Shown: positions 44,432 through 54,389 of the stretch, one piece after another | Position numbering within the stretch: position 1 is the stretch's first letter | How the letters are laid out: each line of letters begins with the position of its first letter | Source: a virus | Lineage: Duplodnaviria; Caudoviricetes | Length of the DNA: 64,000 nucleotides | Virus record (IMG/VR): IMGVR_UViG_3300029288_000081 | Coordinates: 96,001-160,000 of that record | Strand: one strand, 5' to 3' | Translations under genes and position numbers: made by a program | The notes under the pieces: model-generated | Seen by the model: the letters and a program-made list of their open reading frames with translations, nothing else | Told to the model about the DNA's origin: nothing | The model's database searches: none

Positions 44432-46830
44432 TGGACGAGAGCCTGGACGAGATCCCGGACCTGATCTCCCGCGCCGAGCCGCCCAAGCGCGTGCGGCGTG
44501 TTGTGACCAAGCGCAAGGATTCAGAGCCGGACTTCAGCGAGCCGGACGAGGCTTCGGACAGCGAATCGTCGCTGGCGCCCACGGAGCCCACCAGCAAGCA
44601 GAGCACGATGGAGGACCTGGAACTCCGCGACATGCTCCCGTCGCAAGCGGCGATGAAGCCGGTCGAGAACGTCAAGTCGCTCGGCGACATCATCGCCAGG
44701 TACAACATCGGCAACAGCACGGAGTTCAAGCTCCAGGTCTGGCGCACCTACCCCAAGCTCTTCCCCGGTGGAGTGAAGGCAGACGGCTTCTACGACACCT
44801 GGGATCAGCCGCTCACCGAGGAGCTGATCCAGTCGGAGTACGGAGGCGGCAACTTCCGCATCGTGGTGATGGGTCCACACCCCACGAAGCCGAACACGCT
44901 GAAGCACTTCGACAGCGTCTCTCTGAACCTCGCCGGCACGCCCAAGTTCGACCGGCAACCGAAGGCGGTTCAGCAGAACCAGAGCGCGGCGGCACCGTCC
45001 GTCGACATGCCTTCGCCCATGCTGATGATGGGCCAGGAGAACGCCAAGCTCTCCGAGACGGCTATGAAGCTCGCGGTCGACATGGCCAGCAAGGAGCGCG
45101 AGGAGCGCATCCGCGTCGAAGACAAGGCCGACGCGAAGGCGGCGACGGCACTCTCCGCGACCTTGCCAGCCATCGAAGCAGAGCGTCGGCGTGCCGACGA
45201 TCTGATCAGAGCCGAGCGAGACCGCTCCGAGATGGAGCGCAGGATGATGCAGGAACGCTTCGAGGAATCTCGCGGCGAGCAGCGAAAGCTGCTCGAAAGG
45301 ATCGAACAGATGGAGTCGAACCGACCGAACATGGCCGCGGAGCTGAAGGAGATCTTGCCCTTCATGCAGCAGCCCCGTGACACCGGCGAGAGCAATAAGA
45401 CCGCTGAGCGCATGATGGAGAGCGTGCTGGACAAGCACCGCGTCGAGATGGAGTCGATGCGCACGCAGCAGCAGCAGATGATCGACAACCTGAACAAGCA
45501 GCAGGAGTCGATGGTCGCCTCGATGCGCAGCTCGCATCAGCACGAGATCTCCACGATGCGCGAGTCGGCCGCGCGCGAGCTTCAGTCCGAGCGCGAGTCG
45601 GGCGTGCGCCGACTGGAGAGGGCCGACGATCAGCTCAAGATGGAGCGCGAGGAGCGTCGTCGCGACCAGGAGCGCCACAAGGATCTTCTCGAAGCGAACG
45701 AGAGGACCTGGAAGGAGCGCCTGGAGATGCAGATCGCATCTCTGAACGCGAGCTGGGAGAGCCGACACCAGTCGGTCCTCGGCACGCACGAGACCAGGGC
45801 GCTCTGGCTCCAGCAGGAGATCGACCGGCTGAAGGCCGATCTGTCGGACACCAAGGCGCGGATGAGCGACAACTCCGACCCGATCGCCATCGTCCACAAG
45901 GCCAAGGAGATCCGCGAGGCCATCGGTGGCCCCGAGCACTCCAGCAGCGGTCCCAGCGGCGGCTCGGGCGGCATCGGCATGGGCGGCGTCGAGGACTGGA
46001 AGAACCTGGCCGTCGAAGGCCTCACCGAGCGGGCTCCGCAGCTGCTCCAGGTCCTGGGAGGGCTCCTCTCCGGTCAGGGTGGCCAGCAGCCGGCCCAGCA
46101 GCAGTACCAGCTCGGACAGGTCGTCCAGACCCCCCAGGGCGCCATGGTCGTCGTGCAGGACCCGGCCACCGGGCAGCTCGGCTTCACACCCAAGGCGGCT
46201 CTCGACCAGGCGCAGGCGCAGCAGCAGGGCCGAATGCTCCCGTCCCAGCGGCAGCCCGGACAGCGCAGGCGCGTGATGCCGGACGCCGACGAGGTCACCA
46301 ACGCAGGGGCTCGCCGCCGCCGCCGCGGGCCCATCTCGGCGGTCCCCAACTTCGCCGACCCGAGCCAGTACGGCTCCGACCCGCTTCCGGTGCGCGGCCG
46401 TAGACCCCCGTGGGAAGGCGGTGGCATGGAGGACGAGGATGGCGGCGAAGAGCGCCGGCAGTCACGTCCGCAGCCTCAGCAGCAGCCTCAGCAGCAGCCG
46501 CCTCGCCGCACGTCGAAGCAGGAGCAGGCGCCTCAGCAGCCTCAGCCGCGCATCGCGCGGCAGATGAACTCGCAGGAGCGACAGGGCCTGAACGTGATCG
46601 CCAAGCTCGTTCACGAGGCGGTCATGAACGCCGACGAGCCGGACGAGTTCGCCGAGAAGGTGCTCAAGGAGTGGCCGCCGGACATGCTGAAGCGTGTCAC
46701 CAGCGGCTACAGCCCCGACGACATCGCACGCGGAATCGCTGAGACGCAGCCCACGAGCGCAGGCGCCACGCCCGCGGGACAGGCCTTCGTCCGTGAGGCC
46801 TTCGCGCGCATCGAAAGCGCCGTGACGTGA
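44428..46830 (+). CDS. Large coiled-coil protein (800 aa); possible assembly scaffold or internal tape-measure-like protein
   Basis: Long E/R/Q/M-rich heptad region and Gln-rich linkers; function inferred only. Confidence 0.8.
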   Translation: MMDESLDEIPDLISRAEPPKRVRRVVTKRKDSEPDFSEPDEASDSESSLAPTEPTSKQSTMEDLELRDMLPSQAAMKPVENVKSLGDIIARYNIGNSTEFKLQVWRTYPKLFPGGVKADGFYDTWDQPLTEELIQSEYGGGNFRIVVMGPHPTKPNTLKHFDSVSLNLAGTPKFDRQPKAVQQNQSAAAPSVDMPSPMLMMGQENAKLSETAMKLAVDMASKEREERIRVEDKADAKAATALSATLPAIEAERRRADDLIRAERDRSEMERRMMQERFEESRGEQRKLLERIEQMESNRPNMAAELKEILPFMQQPRDTGESNKTAERMMESVLDKHRVEMESMRTQQQQMIDNLNKQQESMVASMRSSHQHEISTMRESAARELQSERESGVRRLERADDQLKMEREERRRDQERHKDLLEANERTWKERLEMQIASLNASWESRHQSVLGTHETRALWLQQEIDRLKADLSDTKARMSDNSDPIAIVHKAKEIREAIGGPEHSSSGPSGGSGGIGMGGVEDWKNLAVEGLTERAPQLLQVLGGLLSGQGGQQPAQQQYQLGQVVQTPQGAMVVVQDPATGQLGFTPKAALDQAQAQQQGRMLPSQRQPGQRRRVMPDADEVTNAGARRRRRGPISAVPNFADPSQYGSDPLPVRGRRPPWEGGGMEDEDGGEERRQSRPQPQQQPQQQPPRRTSKQEQAPQQPQPRIARQMNSQERQGLNVIAKLVHEAVMNADEPDEFAEKVLKEWPPDMLKRVTSGYSPDDIARGIAETQPTSAGATPAGQAFVREAFARIESAVT

Positions 46831-47099
46831 GCCAGGAACAGGACAACGAGAAGATCGGAGCGCGCACGCGGGACCTGCTGCGTGCCCTCTCCGACTTCAC
46901 CGACATGCTCGCCCTGGAGGTGCCAACCCCCGTCTTGGCCAGGCAGCTGGACGAGATGGAGGTCATCGCCAAGGAGGTCGACGCGCTGGCGGGAAGCAGC
47001 CTGTTCGACAACGACATCTTCGGAACGCTGGGTGACACCACCAAGCTCATGAGGCTCTACGAGCTGCTCCAGTACCGCCAAGCACAGAAGTCGGAGTAG
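46827..47099 (+). CDS. Hypothetical protein (90 aa)
   Basis: GTGA overlap. Confidence 0.7.
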   Translation: MSQEQDNEKIGARTRDLLRALSDFTDMLALEVPTPVLARQLDEMEVIAKEVDALAGSSLFDNDIFGTLGDTTKLMRLYELLQYRQAQKSE

Positions 47100-47109
47100 A
47101 CTGCCGCAG

Positions 47110-47466
47110 ATGTCGACCTCGACACCCAAGGCTCCGCTGCGAGGCATCGGTGGCTATTCGACCACGCAGCCGCCTCGGACCGAACGCCGTCCTGCTATGG
47201 TCGTCAAGTACCAGGGACAGCGTGCCCACGTTCGCTTCCACGACGGAATGACTTACGGAATGCCCTCGGGACCGCTGATGCAGATCGGCGTGCCCGAGGG
47301 CGCTACGTTCATTCTCGTGACGACCTGGGTAGGCAAATCGCCGGTGTCCAGTCACGTCGAGCGCATGCCGGAGGCCCGGCCGCCCATGGATCGACGCAGC
47401 GGCACACCGAAGATCGTCGAGCGAAACGGCAAGAAGATGGTCACGCGGCAGCCATCTAGCCGGTAA
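47110..47466 (+). CDS. Hypothetical protein (118 aa)
   Basis: TAGACT-7nt-ATG, a leaderless-type context. Confidence 0.7.
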   Translation: MSTSTPKAPLRGIGGYSTTQPPRTERRPAMVVKYQGQRAHVRFHDGMTYGMPSGPLMQIGVPEGATFILVTTWVGKSPVSSHVERMPEARPPMDRRSGTPKIVERNGKKMVTRQPSSR

Positions 47467-47490
47467 AACGCCTTCGGCGCGCCTTGCGCC

Positions 47491-48141
47491 GTGAGCGTAG
47501 AGCGTGCGAGACTCCATGCGGGCGCCTGGGCCGGTCACTTCGACATGCTCAGAGCACACCTGTATGCGCCCACCTTCAACGAGGCGATCGGAACCACGGA
47601 GCCATACCGTGGGACCGATCACACCGTGGCGGTGATGATCCAGCTCGCCAAGGGTCTCGTCGACCCTCGGGCGATGGTGCAGAGCGCGCTTCAGGGAGAG
47701 CGGAGCATCCGCTTCCGAAGGCACACCGAGCAGATCATCAACAATCTGCGGCCCAAGGACTACACGTCCGAAGTCATCGCCATCAGCAGGTGGTGGGGCA
47801 ACGCGGGCCGATACACACGGGACCCACTACACGTCGAGCTGATCCGTGCTCCGGACCGTCTCCTCGACGACGCGCTTGCCGGCAGACTCCTGGTCGACTG
47901 CGACGATCTGGCGCTCGCCATCGCGACGTCGTGCCTGACCATCGGGGCTCGCGCACAGTTCGTCACCGTGGGCTTCAAGCCGCGCCTGCCGGGCCAGCCG
48001 AAGGTCCACACGCACGTCTTCGCTCGGGCCCAGGACCCCAAGAGCAAGGTCTGGTGGGTGCTCGACCCGGTCGCCGGCCGTAAGACGGGCGACATGCTGC
48101 GTCGCGTGAAGCAGTACACGATCTTCGAGGTGGACCGATGA
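47491..48141 (+). CDS. Transglutaminase-like cysteine protease (candidate maturation protease)
   Basis: YTRDP...VELI, DCDD (Cys), THVF (His), WWVLDP (Asp) triad; true start may be ATG 47545. Confidence 0.8.
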   Translation: MSVERARLHAGAWAGHFDMLRAHLYAPTFNEAIGTTEPYRGTDHTVAVMIQLAKGLVDPRAMVQSALQGERSIRFRRHTEQIINNLRPKDYTSEVIAISRWWGNAGRYTRDPLHVELIRAPDRLLDDALAGRLLVDCDDLALAIATSCLTIGARAQFVTVGFKPRLPGQPKVHTHVFARAQDPKSKVWWVLDPVAGRKTGDMLRRVKQYTIFEVDR

Positions 48142-48452
48142 GCAGGTACTACGACGGACCGGGACTCGGTGTTTCTGCGCTGGGGCAGGCCATCGACTCC
48201 TCACCGCTGACGATCTCGGTCCGCCCGACGGGCGCACTGATCGGCGCATGGTGGAGCCTCTCGACCGTGAGCGGCCTCCTCAGCGCCTACCACGGCTACC
48301 GCCGCAACGACGGCAACCTTGCGTGGGCACTCGCATGGTTCCTCGCGGGCAGCGCGCTGCCCGTCATTGTGCCGGTCATCGCCTTCACGCAGGGCTACGC
48401 CAAGCCCGAAAGCATCTCGGCGAACAGGCGCCGCCGCAGGAGCCGTCGATGA
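48138..48452 (+). CDS. Membrane protein with an Arg-rich tail
   Basis: PGLG/ALGQ, two hydrophobic segments, ISAN-RRRRRSRR. Confidence 0.8.
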   Translation: MSRYYDGPGLGVSALGQAIDSSPLTISVRPTGALIGAWWSLSTVSGLLSAYHGYRRNDGNLAWALAWFLAGSALPVIVPVIAFTQGYAKPESISANRRRRRSRR

Positions 48453-49198
48453 GCTACTTCAACGGACACAGCCGCACCGGGCTCATGGGACTCGGAGCCG
48501 TCGCTGACGAACAGGAGCCCATCCGCCTGGGCGCCCGAGCGAAGGAAGACCCGATCCTGTCGGCCGCATCGTTGATCGCGTCCTCGGTCCTCGTGCGCAT
48601 GGCCGGCGTGCCCAAGCATCGGCGCCTTGCCGAGATGATCATCATCCTCAATGCAGGACGCCCTGGGTCTGGGGACGCAGCGGGTGTCGACTACCGCCGT
48701 CGCGCCGCCGCCGCGCCGGACAAGAAGGACCAGGCGATGTTCGACGCGGTTCGCGCGGCGGTCGCCAACGAGCTGGTTCGCCGGACGCTGAAGAGGGGTC
48801 CCGCTTCTCTCTCTGGCCTTGGGCAGACACTCGCAGAGGCGCGTGGCCAGACCAGCCGTGGCGTCAACGATGCGCAGGCAGTCTTCTGCACCTACATCGC
48901 TGGAACATCCGCGATGGTCGGCGGGTACGTCGATCAGCTCGCAAGCGGAGGCACGCAGAACACGGGCAACATCACCCGTGCGTCGGGTGCGGCTGCGGCC
49001 ACCGGCGGATGCGGTGCTGGCCAGCTGGTCATCCAGGGCGAGAACGCTCTGGCACAGGCTCGACTCGCGCAGAGCGGACAGGCCGCCGCGGCGCTCGCGG
49101 CTGCTGCGCGGGAAGCCACGTTCATGAAGTTCGCTCTGGTGGGCGGTGGCCTGCTGGGTGCGATGATCCTCGGCTACGTCGTCGTCAAGAAGATGTGA
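48449..49198 (+). CDS. Tail-anchored membrane protein (MSY family)
   Basis: MSYF..LMGLG, LSGLGQ, C-terminal TM; start re-called. Confidence 0.8.
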   Translation: MSYFNGHSRTGLMGLGAVADEQEPIRLGARAKEDPILSAASLIASSVLVRMAGVPKHRRLAEMIIILNAGRPGSGDAAGVDYRRRAAAAPDKKDQAMFDAVRAAVANELVRRTLKRGPASLSGLGQTLAEARGQTSRGVNDAQAVFCTYIAGTSAMVGGYVDQLASGGTQNTGNITRASGAAAATGGCGAGQLVIQGENALAQARLAQSGQAAAALAAAAREATFMKFALVGGGLLGAMILGYVVVKKM

Positions 49199-49905
49199 TG
49201 AGCTACGCATCGACAGGATCGGGTCAGGCCGCAGTGCGCGTTGGCAGCGCTGCACAGAGCGATCTTGTGCTCGCGAACGCGTCGCTCATCGCGTCGAAGA
49301 TCATGCTTGGGGCAGCAAAGAAGCCGGCACGCATCCGAGCTGCGTTCATCGCGAACAAGCTCGACGCGATGCGCCCGGGGCTCGCTCGCGAGGTGGCCAC
49401 CTCGCGTCGCCGCCTCGTCGCACAAGGCAAGGCTCCCGACCAGGCCGCGTTCGACGCGATGCGGCTCGCTATCGCGAACATGAACATGGCAGCGGGGATC
49501 GACTCCCTTCGCGTGTCGGCGGCCAAGGAGCACGGCGCAGAGGCCTTCAGCGGTCTCGGGCAGATGGCACCGAACGACCGCGCGACAGCGTGTACGGTGT
49601 CGGCCGGCGCCCAGGTGGTCGGCGGGATCGCAAGCATCGTCCCGGTCTACGGGACGATCATCGGTGGCATCATCAGTATCGGGTCCTCGATCGCTGGCGG
49701 AGCACTCGACTGCACGCGTGAACAGCGAGAAGCTGCGGCTGCGGCTGCGCAGGCTCAGGGGAATCTCGTTGCAGCGCAACAGGCAGCGGCAGCGCAGGCG
49801 GCGGCGCAGGCGGAAGCAACGAGCGGATCGCGAAGGCGCGTGTACATCATCGGAGGCGGCGCACTCGTCGTCGCTCTCGGAATCGGGTATCTCCTGCTGA
49901 GCTGA
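49198..49905 (+). CDS. Tail-anchored membrane protein (MSY family), paralog of 48449..49198
   Basis: MSYA, FSGLGQ, shared ASLIAS...RPG...DQAxFDAxRxAxAN domain, C-terminal TM. Confidence 0.8.
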   Translation: MSYASTGSGQAAVRVGSAAQSDLVLANASLIASKIMLGAAKKPARIRAAFIANKLDAMRPGLAREVATSRRRLVAQGKAPDQAAFDAMRLAIANMNMAAGIDSLRVSAAKEHGAEAFSGLGQMAPNDRATACTVSAGAQVVGGIASIVPVYGTIIGGIISIGSSIAGGALDCTREQREAAAAAAQAQGNLVAAQQAAAAQAAAQAEATSGSRRRVYIIGGGALVVALGIGYLLLS

Positions 49906-49953
49906 ACGAGTGGATTTCTCACGGAACTGGCTGGGCGCCGAACGGAGTAGAGG

Positions 49954-51405
49954 ATGAGCAACGACTACGGACTCGATGACGACGATGGAGATCTCTCCAT
50001 TCCGACGATGCGCGGCAGCGCCAATCTCGATCCGCAGGACTACGCACGTGGCCCGAGCGGAAGAGGCTCGTCTTTCCTCGACGACGACCTGGAGGAGGAC
50101 ACGCTGTCTACCCCAGGGCGCAACCCGGGCGCCGCGTCGGCTCCGGACATCGACGGCGAGAGCGACTGGGTGATCCAGGAGGAAGAGAACGGCCCTGGAA
50201 CCGCAGCGACAACCTACGGAAGTCACCCATGGGGCCCCGGCAGCGCCGTGGGCTACCGACCGCAGTCCATGCAGCGCACGGACATGACCCTTCGCGACTC
50301 GCAGCTTCGCGACGGAATGGGCGACGTGGAGACAGGCCGAACCCCGAAGCCGACGAAGCGAGACAGCATGCACAACGAGCCCGAGGTCCTGGAAACTGAT
50401 GACAGCGTCGTGGTGCCGAAGGCCCACTGGCACGGCAACAGGAACCAGCGCCCGTCGAACGCAGGCATCAACGAGGACACGATCTACGATCGCGAGAGCT
50501 ACGAGTACGACGACTCGTCGCAGGACACGATCGGCAGCGGCATCTTCGGCATGGAAGAGGGCGTCACCTGGCGCCCCCGCGACGGCTCCTTCGCTCACCA
50601 GTTCGCGCTCCCCGCGTACATCGGTGACGAGGACGAGCTGGGAGTCCAGCAGAGCGAGATGTTCGACACGACCGCGAACGAGTGGCGCGTCGTGCAGCCG
50701 TCGGCAGGAGGCGTGTCGCTCAAGACTCGCGTCGCCGACTACAAGCCTGGCTTCTCGCCCTTCGTACGCCGACCCGTCCCGGAGATGCGCCCCGAGGTGA
50801 CCGGTCCGCGCAGCCACATCGAGGCGTTCGGTCGCAAGGCCGCCAGCCTCATCGTGGCGGAGGCCAGGGTTCAGCCCCAGGCGACGCGCTCGCAGTTCGT
50901 CGCGAACGCGATCGAAGCTCTCGGGCCCGGCATGGCTGCCCGCGCGGGCGCGACCGCCAAGAAGCTCGTGGACCTCGGCCACAAGCCCGAGACGGCCCTG
51001 GAGGACGCGATCGCTCACGCGGTCATGCACGCTGCGGTCGGCGACCTGAAGAGCGCGAGCCGCACGTCGGGCAAGCTCGGCAACCTGGACCGCCTCGCCT
51101 CGCGCGTGAACCGCACGAAGCCGCAGATGCAGGCTGCGGCGGCCAGGCACATCGGCCCGCTCACGCAGGACACCCAGAAGCTCAAGAACGACCTCGGCGC
51201 TCTCTACGCTTCCCCGGCGGCCCTGGGCATGGGTCAGGTCGCCCAGGGCAGCGAGCCCAGCACGACGACGGCCGCGTCGCTGCTGACGCCGAAGAACCTG
51301 CTCATCGGCGCGGTCATCGGCATCGGCGGCTACTACGCCTGGCAGAACCGCAAGACGATCACCCGCAACGCCAAGCGCCTTGCGAGGAAGGCAGGGCTGC
51401 GATGA
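49954..51405 (+). CDS. Membrane-anchored protein with an acidic N-terminal half (483 aa)
   Basis: DGMGD, LGMGQ, C-terminal TM, ITRN-AKRLARK. Confidence 0.85.
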   Translation: MSNDYGLDDDDGDLSIPTMRGSANLDPQDYARGPSGRGSSFLDDDLEEDTLSTPGRNPGAASAPDIDGESDWVIQEEENGPGTAATTYGSHPWGPGSAVGYRPQSMQRTDMTLRDSQLRDGMGDVETGRTPKPTKRDSMHNEPEVLETDDSVVVPKAHWHGNRNQRPSNAGINEDTIYDRESYEYDDSSQDTIGSGIFGMEEGVTWRPRDGSFAHQFALPAYIGDEDELGVQQSEMFDTTANEWRVVQPSAGGVSLKTRVADYKPGFSPFVRRPVPEMRPEVTGPRSHIEAFGRKAASLIVAEARVQPQATRSQFVANAIEALGPGMAARAGATAKKLVDLGHKPETALEDAIAHAVMHAAVGDLKSASRTSGKLGNLDRLASRVNRTKPQMQAAAARHIGPLTQDTQKLKNDLGALYASPAALGMGQVAQGSEPSTTTAASLLTPKNLLIGAVIGIGGYYAWQNRKTITRNAKRLARKAGLR

Positions 51406-51698
51406 GTGGACGCAACGCGCAGGACTTCGTCACTCCCGAGGCACGCTACGCCGAGCACGAGCAGGAGATGTCCGGCGTGCCACGGGGCGGCGGCGGCGGT
51501 GTGGCCATGTACCCGCTCTACGGGCTCGGGCAGGCGTCGGCAGCGGTCGATCCCAACGCCTGGTACCGGCGCCCGATGTTCGTGCTGCCCTTCGGCGTCG
51601 CCCTCGGAGTCGGCATCGGATGGGGCATCTGGGGCTGGTTCATGCCGCGCATCAAGAAGAGCGTGCGCAAGAACATCCAGCGCGGCCAGGAGGACTGA
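51402..51698 (+). CDS. Small membrane protein (98 aa)
   Basis: LYGLGQ, TM, VRKN; start re-called at MSGRNAQ. Confidence 0.8.
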   Translation: MSGRNAQDFVTPEARYAEHEQEMSGVPRGGGGGVAMYPLYGLGQASAAVDPNAWYRRPMFVLPFGVALGVGIGWGIWGWFMPRIKKSVRKNIQRGQED

Positions 51699-51700
51699 CC

Positions 51701-52045
51701 GTGAGCTACAAGGTCAACAGAGACGTCGGCTACCAGCCCTGGGGCGTCACGAACCCGTGGGTCTTCGCTGACTACGGTCAGCCGCAGCGCCAGCGCGGTC
51801 AGGTCTCGCCGCTCGTCTACACGACGCAGCCGCCCTACCTGCGCTCGGCACACCTCAATCCGCCTCACCCGTACTTCCCCTCGTCGCACCTCGGACAGAC
51901 CTCCGAGGCTGATGCGCGCGGGGCGAGGATGGAAAGGTACGCCCTGGCCGGCGTGGTCTTCGGAGCGATCTCGCTCTTCATCACCTGGCAGGCCAGCCGC
52001 AAGAAGATGGCCGCGAACCGCAAACGCTCGCGCCGCAGCCGCTGA
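51701..52045 (+). CDS. Small membrane protein (MSY family, 114 aa)
   Basis: GTG start (SYKV), HLGQ, TM, MAAN-RKRSRRSR. Confidence 0.8.
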   Translation: MSYKVNRDVGYQPWGVTNPWVFADYGQPQRQRGQVSPLVYTTQPPYLRSAHLNPPHPYFPSSHLGQTSEADARGARMERYALAGVVFGAISLFITWQASRKKMAANRKRSRRSR

Positions 52046-52060
52046 GAGGAACAACCACCC

Positions 52061-52876
52061 ATGAGCTACTACGAAGAAGGCATGATGGGGCTCGGCGACC
52101 TGCCGGCCGGCGCAACGATCCCCTCCGGGGCTCAGTACGCGCTCGGCTTCCAGGTCACCGGCCTGACGCCCACGACGTCGCCCCAGGCGGTCTCGGCGCT
52201 GCGGGCAGTGGTCGGCACGGCGTTCCGCGGGAACCTCGTGGCGGCCGGCTGGGGGCCCGCGTACGGGGTCCCTTCTGGCCGACTCTACGCGGTGCTCCAG
52301 ACGGCACGCGGCCTGACCGGCGCCGACATGAACACCGTGGCGCACATGATCACCGGTGCCCTGCCTTCTCGCCTGCCTGGAACGACGGTGACCAACACCA
52401 ACTTCCACCTGGTCGGCGGCTCAGGCGGAGGCGCTGCGGAGACGGCAGCGGCCAGCATCACCGGTGCCATCGACCCCGTCACCGGACTCCTCACCGCCCT
52501 CACGTCAGGCACTCCCGCTACCTACCCTGGGGCCGACGCTGGCTACCCCATCGCCACAGAGCCCGCCGAGAACTTCTTCACCCAGAGCGTGGGCGGCGTG
52601 CCGGTGTGGGGCCTGCTCGCGGGCGGCGTGGTGGCGATCGGCGCCATTGCGTACGTCTTCATGGGCAAGCCCAAGACAGCGGCGACGGTGACGGCGAACC
52701 GCAAGAGCAAGCGCGGGAAGAAGCAGCATCGCTGGCGCAATCGCCAGGGACAGTGGCACGTCGGCGGCGGGTACGGCCGCGAACGCGGTCAGGGACGAGG
52801 CGGCCGTGATCGGGTCCGTCGGTCGTCGTCGGATGGGCCGTCATGGCTGAACACGAACGGTCGGAGGACACGATGA
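52061..52876 (+). CDS. Membrane protein (MSY family, 271 aa)
   Basis: MSYYEEGMMGLGD, TM, VTAN-RKSKRGKK...LNTN-GRRTR. Confidence 0.85.
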   Translation: MSYYEEGMMGLGDLPAGATIPSGAQYALGFQVTGLTPTTSPQAVSALRAVVGTAFRGNLVAAGWGPAYGVPSGRLYAVLQTARGLTGADMNTVAHMITGALPSRLPGTTVTNTNFHLVGGSGGGAAETAAASITGAIDPVTGLLTALTSGTPATYPGADAGYPIATEPAENFFTQSVGGVPVWGLLAGGVVAIGAIAYVFMGKPKTAATVTANRKSKRGKKQHRWRNRQGQWHVGGGYGRERGQGRGGRDRVRRSSSDGPSWLNTNGRRTR

Positions 52877-54084
52877 GCTACGCAGGACTCGGACAGATTC
52901 TCGCCAACATCGGCGCTCGCATGACAGGCGCCGTCGTGTCGCCGACCCCCAGCCGCGTGGTTGTGGCACCCTCTCGCCCCAGCAGCCCCATCGTCGTGAC
53001 GCTGCCCCCGCGACCGAGCGGCGGTGCCGTGGTGGTGACCAGGGCTCCGGCAGCAGACGCGCTCACAGCAGCAGCGATCGCCAAGGCCAACGTCGACCGC
53101 GCGTTCCGCGCGTATGCGGCGACCAGCTACAACGATCCTCTCGCACGCAACAACCGTAGGCAGGCCCTGCTCGCAGCGGGTCGCGAGATGGTCAGGAAGT
53201 TCATGGCGGTGAGGCCCGCCACGGAGACCGAGCGTCTGCGACTGCGGGCCCTGGAAGCGACCGCACTCGCGAGTTCGCAGACGCGGCAGCGGTGCTTCAG
53301 CACCGGCAGCAACGGCTGCGGGCGCTTCGCCGCGAACGAGCCGCCCGGTCCGGTCAAGGTGAACGACGAGTTCGTGGCCGTGACGCGTCCGCTGGACAAC
53401 CTCCTGCGGCTCAACGTCACGCCCATGGCCATGCCGGTTCCCCGGGTGCCGCCGATCGTCATCGCCGGTCGTCTGATCCAGACCGTCTCTCCGCGCGCGG
53501 CGCAGCTCGTGGTGGACTCGGCCAAGGCCGGAACGGCAACGGCGGCTGCCAAGCTGGAAGCTGACGTGAAGGTCTCCCAGGAGGTCACCAAGCCCGAGAC
53601 GAAGGTCGCCGCGGACAAGGTCGTCGTGGCCCAGGCGGGCGCGGACGCGGCAGCCAAGGCAGCGGAAGACCTCGCCATGAAGGCCAAGATGGCCGCCGAG
53701 GAGGCCGACAAGGTCGCCCAGGCTGCCAAGGAGGCAGGGACCATCGCCGCCGCTCAGGCGGCAGCCACGGCAGCCCAGGCGGCAGAGCAGGCCAAGGTGG
53801 TGGCAGAGCAGGCCACAGTGGCCGCTGCCGAGGTCGCCACGGTCGCGGACGAGGCACGGAGCGAGCTGGAGACGGTCGCTGCGGAGACCAACGACGTGCC
53901 CGCTCAGGAGGCGACGACCGAGGCGACCATGACGGTCGCAACGACCGGCCTCGGACCGCTCGGCGTGTCGTGGAAGATCTGGGGCCTCGGCGCCGCAGCG
54001 CTCGTCGGCGGCTACTTCCTCCTCAACAGCCGAGCCATGGCGAAGAACCGCCGTCGCGTTCGTCGGAACCGGAGGCACCGGTGA
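52873..54084 (+). CDS. Ala-rich coiled-coil membrane protein (MSY family, 403 aa)
   Basis: MSYAGLGQ, TM, MAKN-RRRVRRNRRHR; GGAGG RBS. Confidence 0.85.
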   Translation: MSYAGLGQILANIGARMTGAVVSPTPSRVVVAPSRPSSPIVVTLPPRPSGGAVVVTRAPAADALTAAAIAKANVDRAFRAYAATSYNDPLARNNRRQALLAAGREMVRKFMAVRPATETERLRLRALEATALASSQTRQRCFSTGSNGCGRFAANEPPGPVKVNDEFVAVTRPLDNLLRLNVTPMAMPVPRVPPIVIAGRLIQTVSPRAAQLVVDSAKAGTATAAAKLEADVKVSQEVTKPETKVAADKVVVAQAGADAAAKAAEDLAMKAKMAAEEADKVAQAAKEAGTIAAAQAAATAAQAAEQAKVVAEQATVAAAEVATVADEARSELETVAAETNDVPAQEATTEATMTVATTGLGPLGVSWKIWGLGAAALVGGYFLLNSRAMAKNRRRVRRNRRHR

Positions 54085-54389
54085 GCCTCTTCGGCACCCA
54101 CCTCTTCGCGAGCGACGCTCTCGGTCAGGTCACCCTGCCCGAGCCCGCGAGCGACGCTCTCATGAGCGAGCTGCGGGTCACCGGCGGCCGCTCGCGCACG
54201 GTCGAGCCCTCCAGCACACCGGACGTGCCCAAGGAGACGGGCGACAAGATGCTCTCCGGCGGAGGACTGCCGACCTGGGCACCCTACGCGATGGTCGGCG
54301 GCGGCATCATCTTCGCTGGGCTGATGATCTGGTCCTCGATGCGGCGCCCGACCCCCAACCGTCGTCGCCGCCACAGGAGATCCCGATGA
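54081..54389 (+). CDS. Small membrane protein (102 aa)
   Basis: GTG start, ALGQ, TM, PTPN-RRRRHRRSR. Confidence 0.8.
   Translation: MSLFGTHLFASDALGQVTLPEPASDALMSELRVTGGRSRTVEPSSTPDVPKETGDKMLSGGGLPTWAPYAMVGGGIIFAGLMIWSSMRRPTPNRRRRHRRSR

Noticed and set aside
44428-46830. 800-aa coiled-coil protein as a tail tape measure or SMC protein
   Set aside because: No tail assembly genes nearby and no Walker motifs
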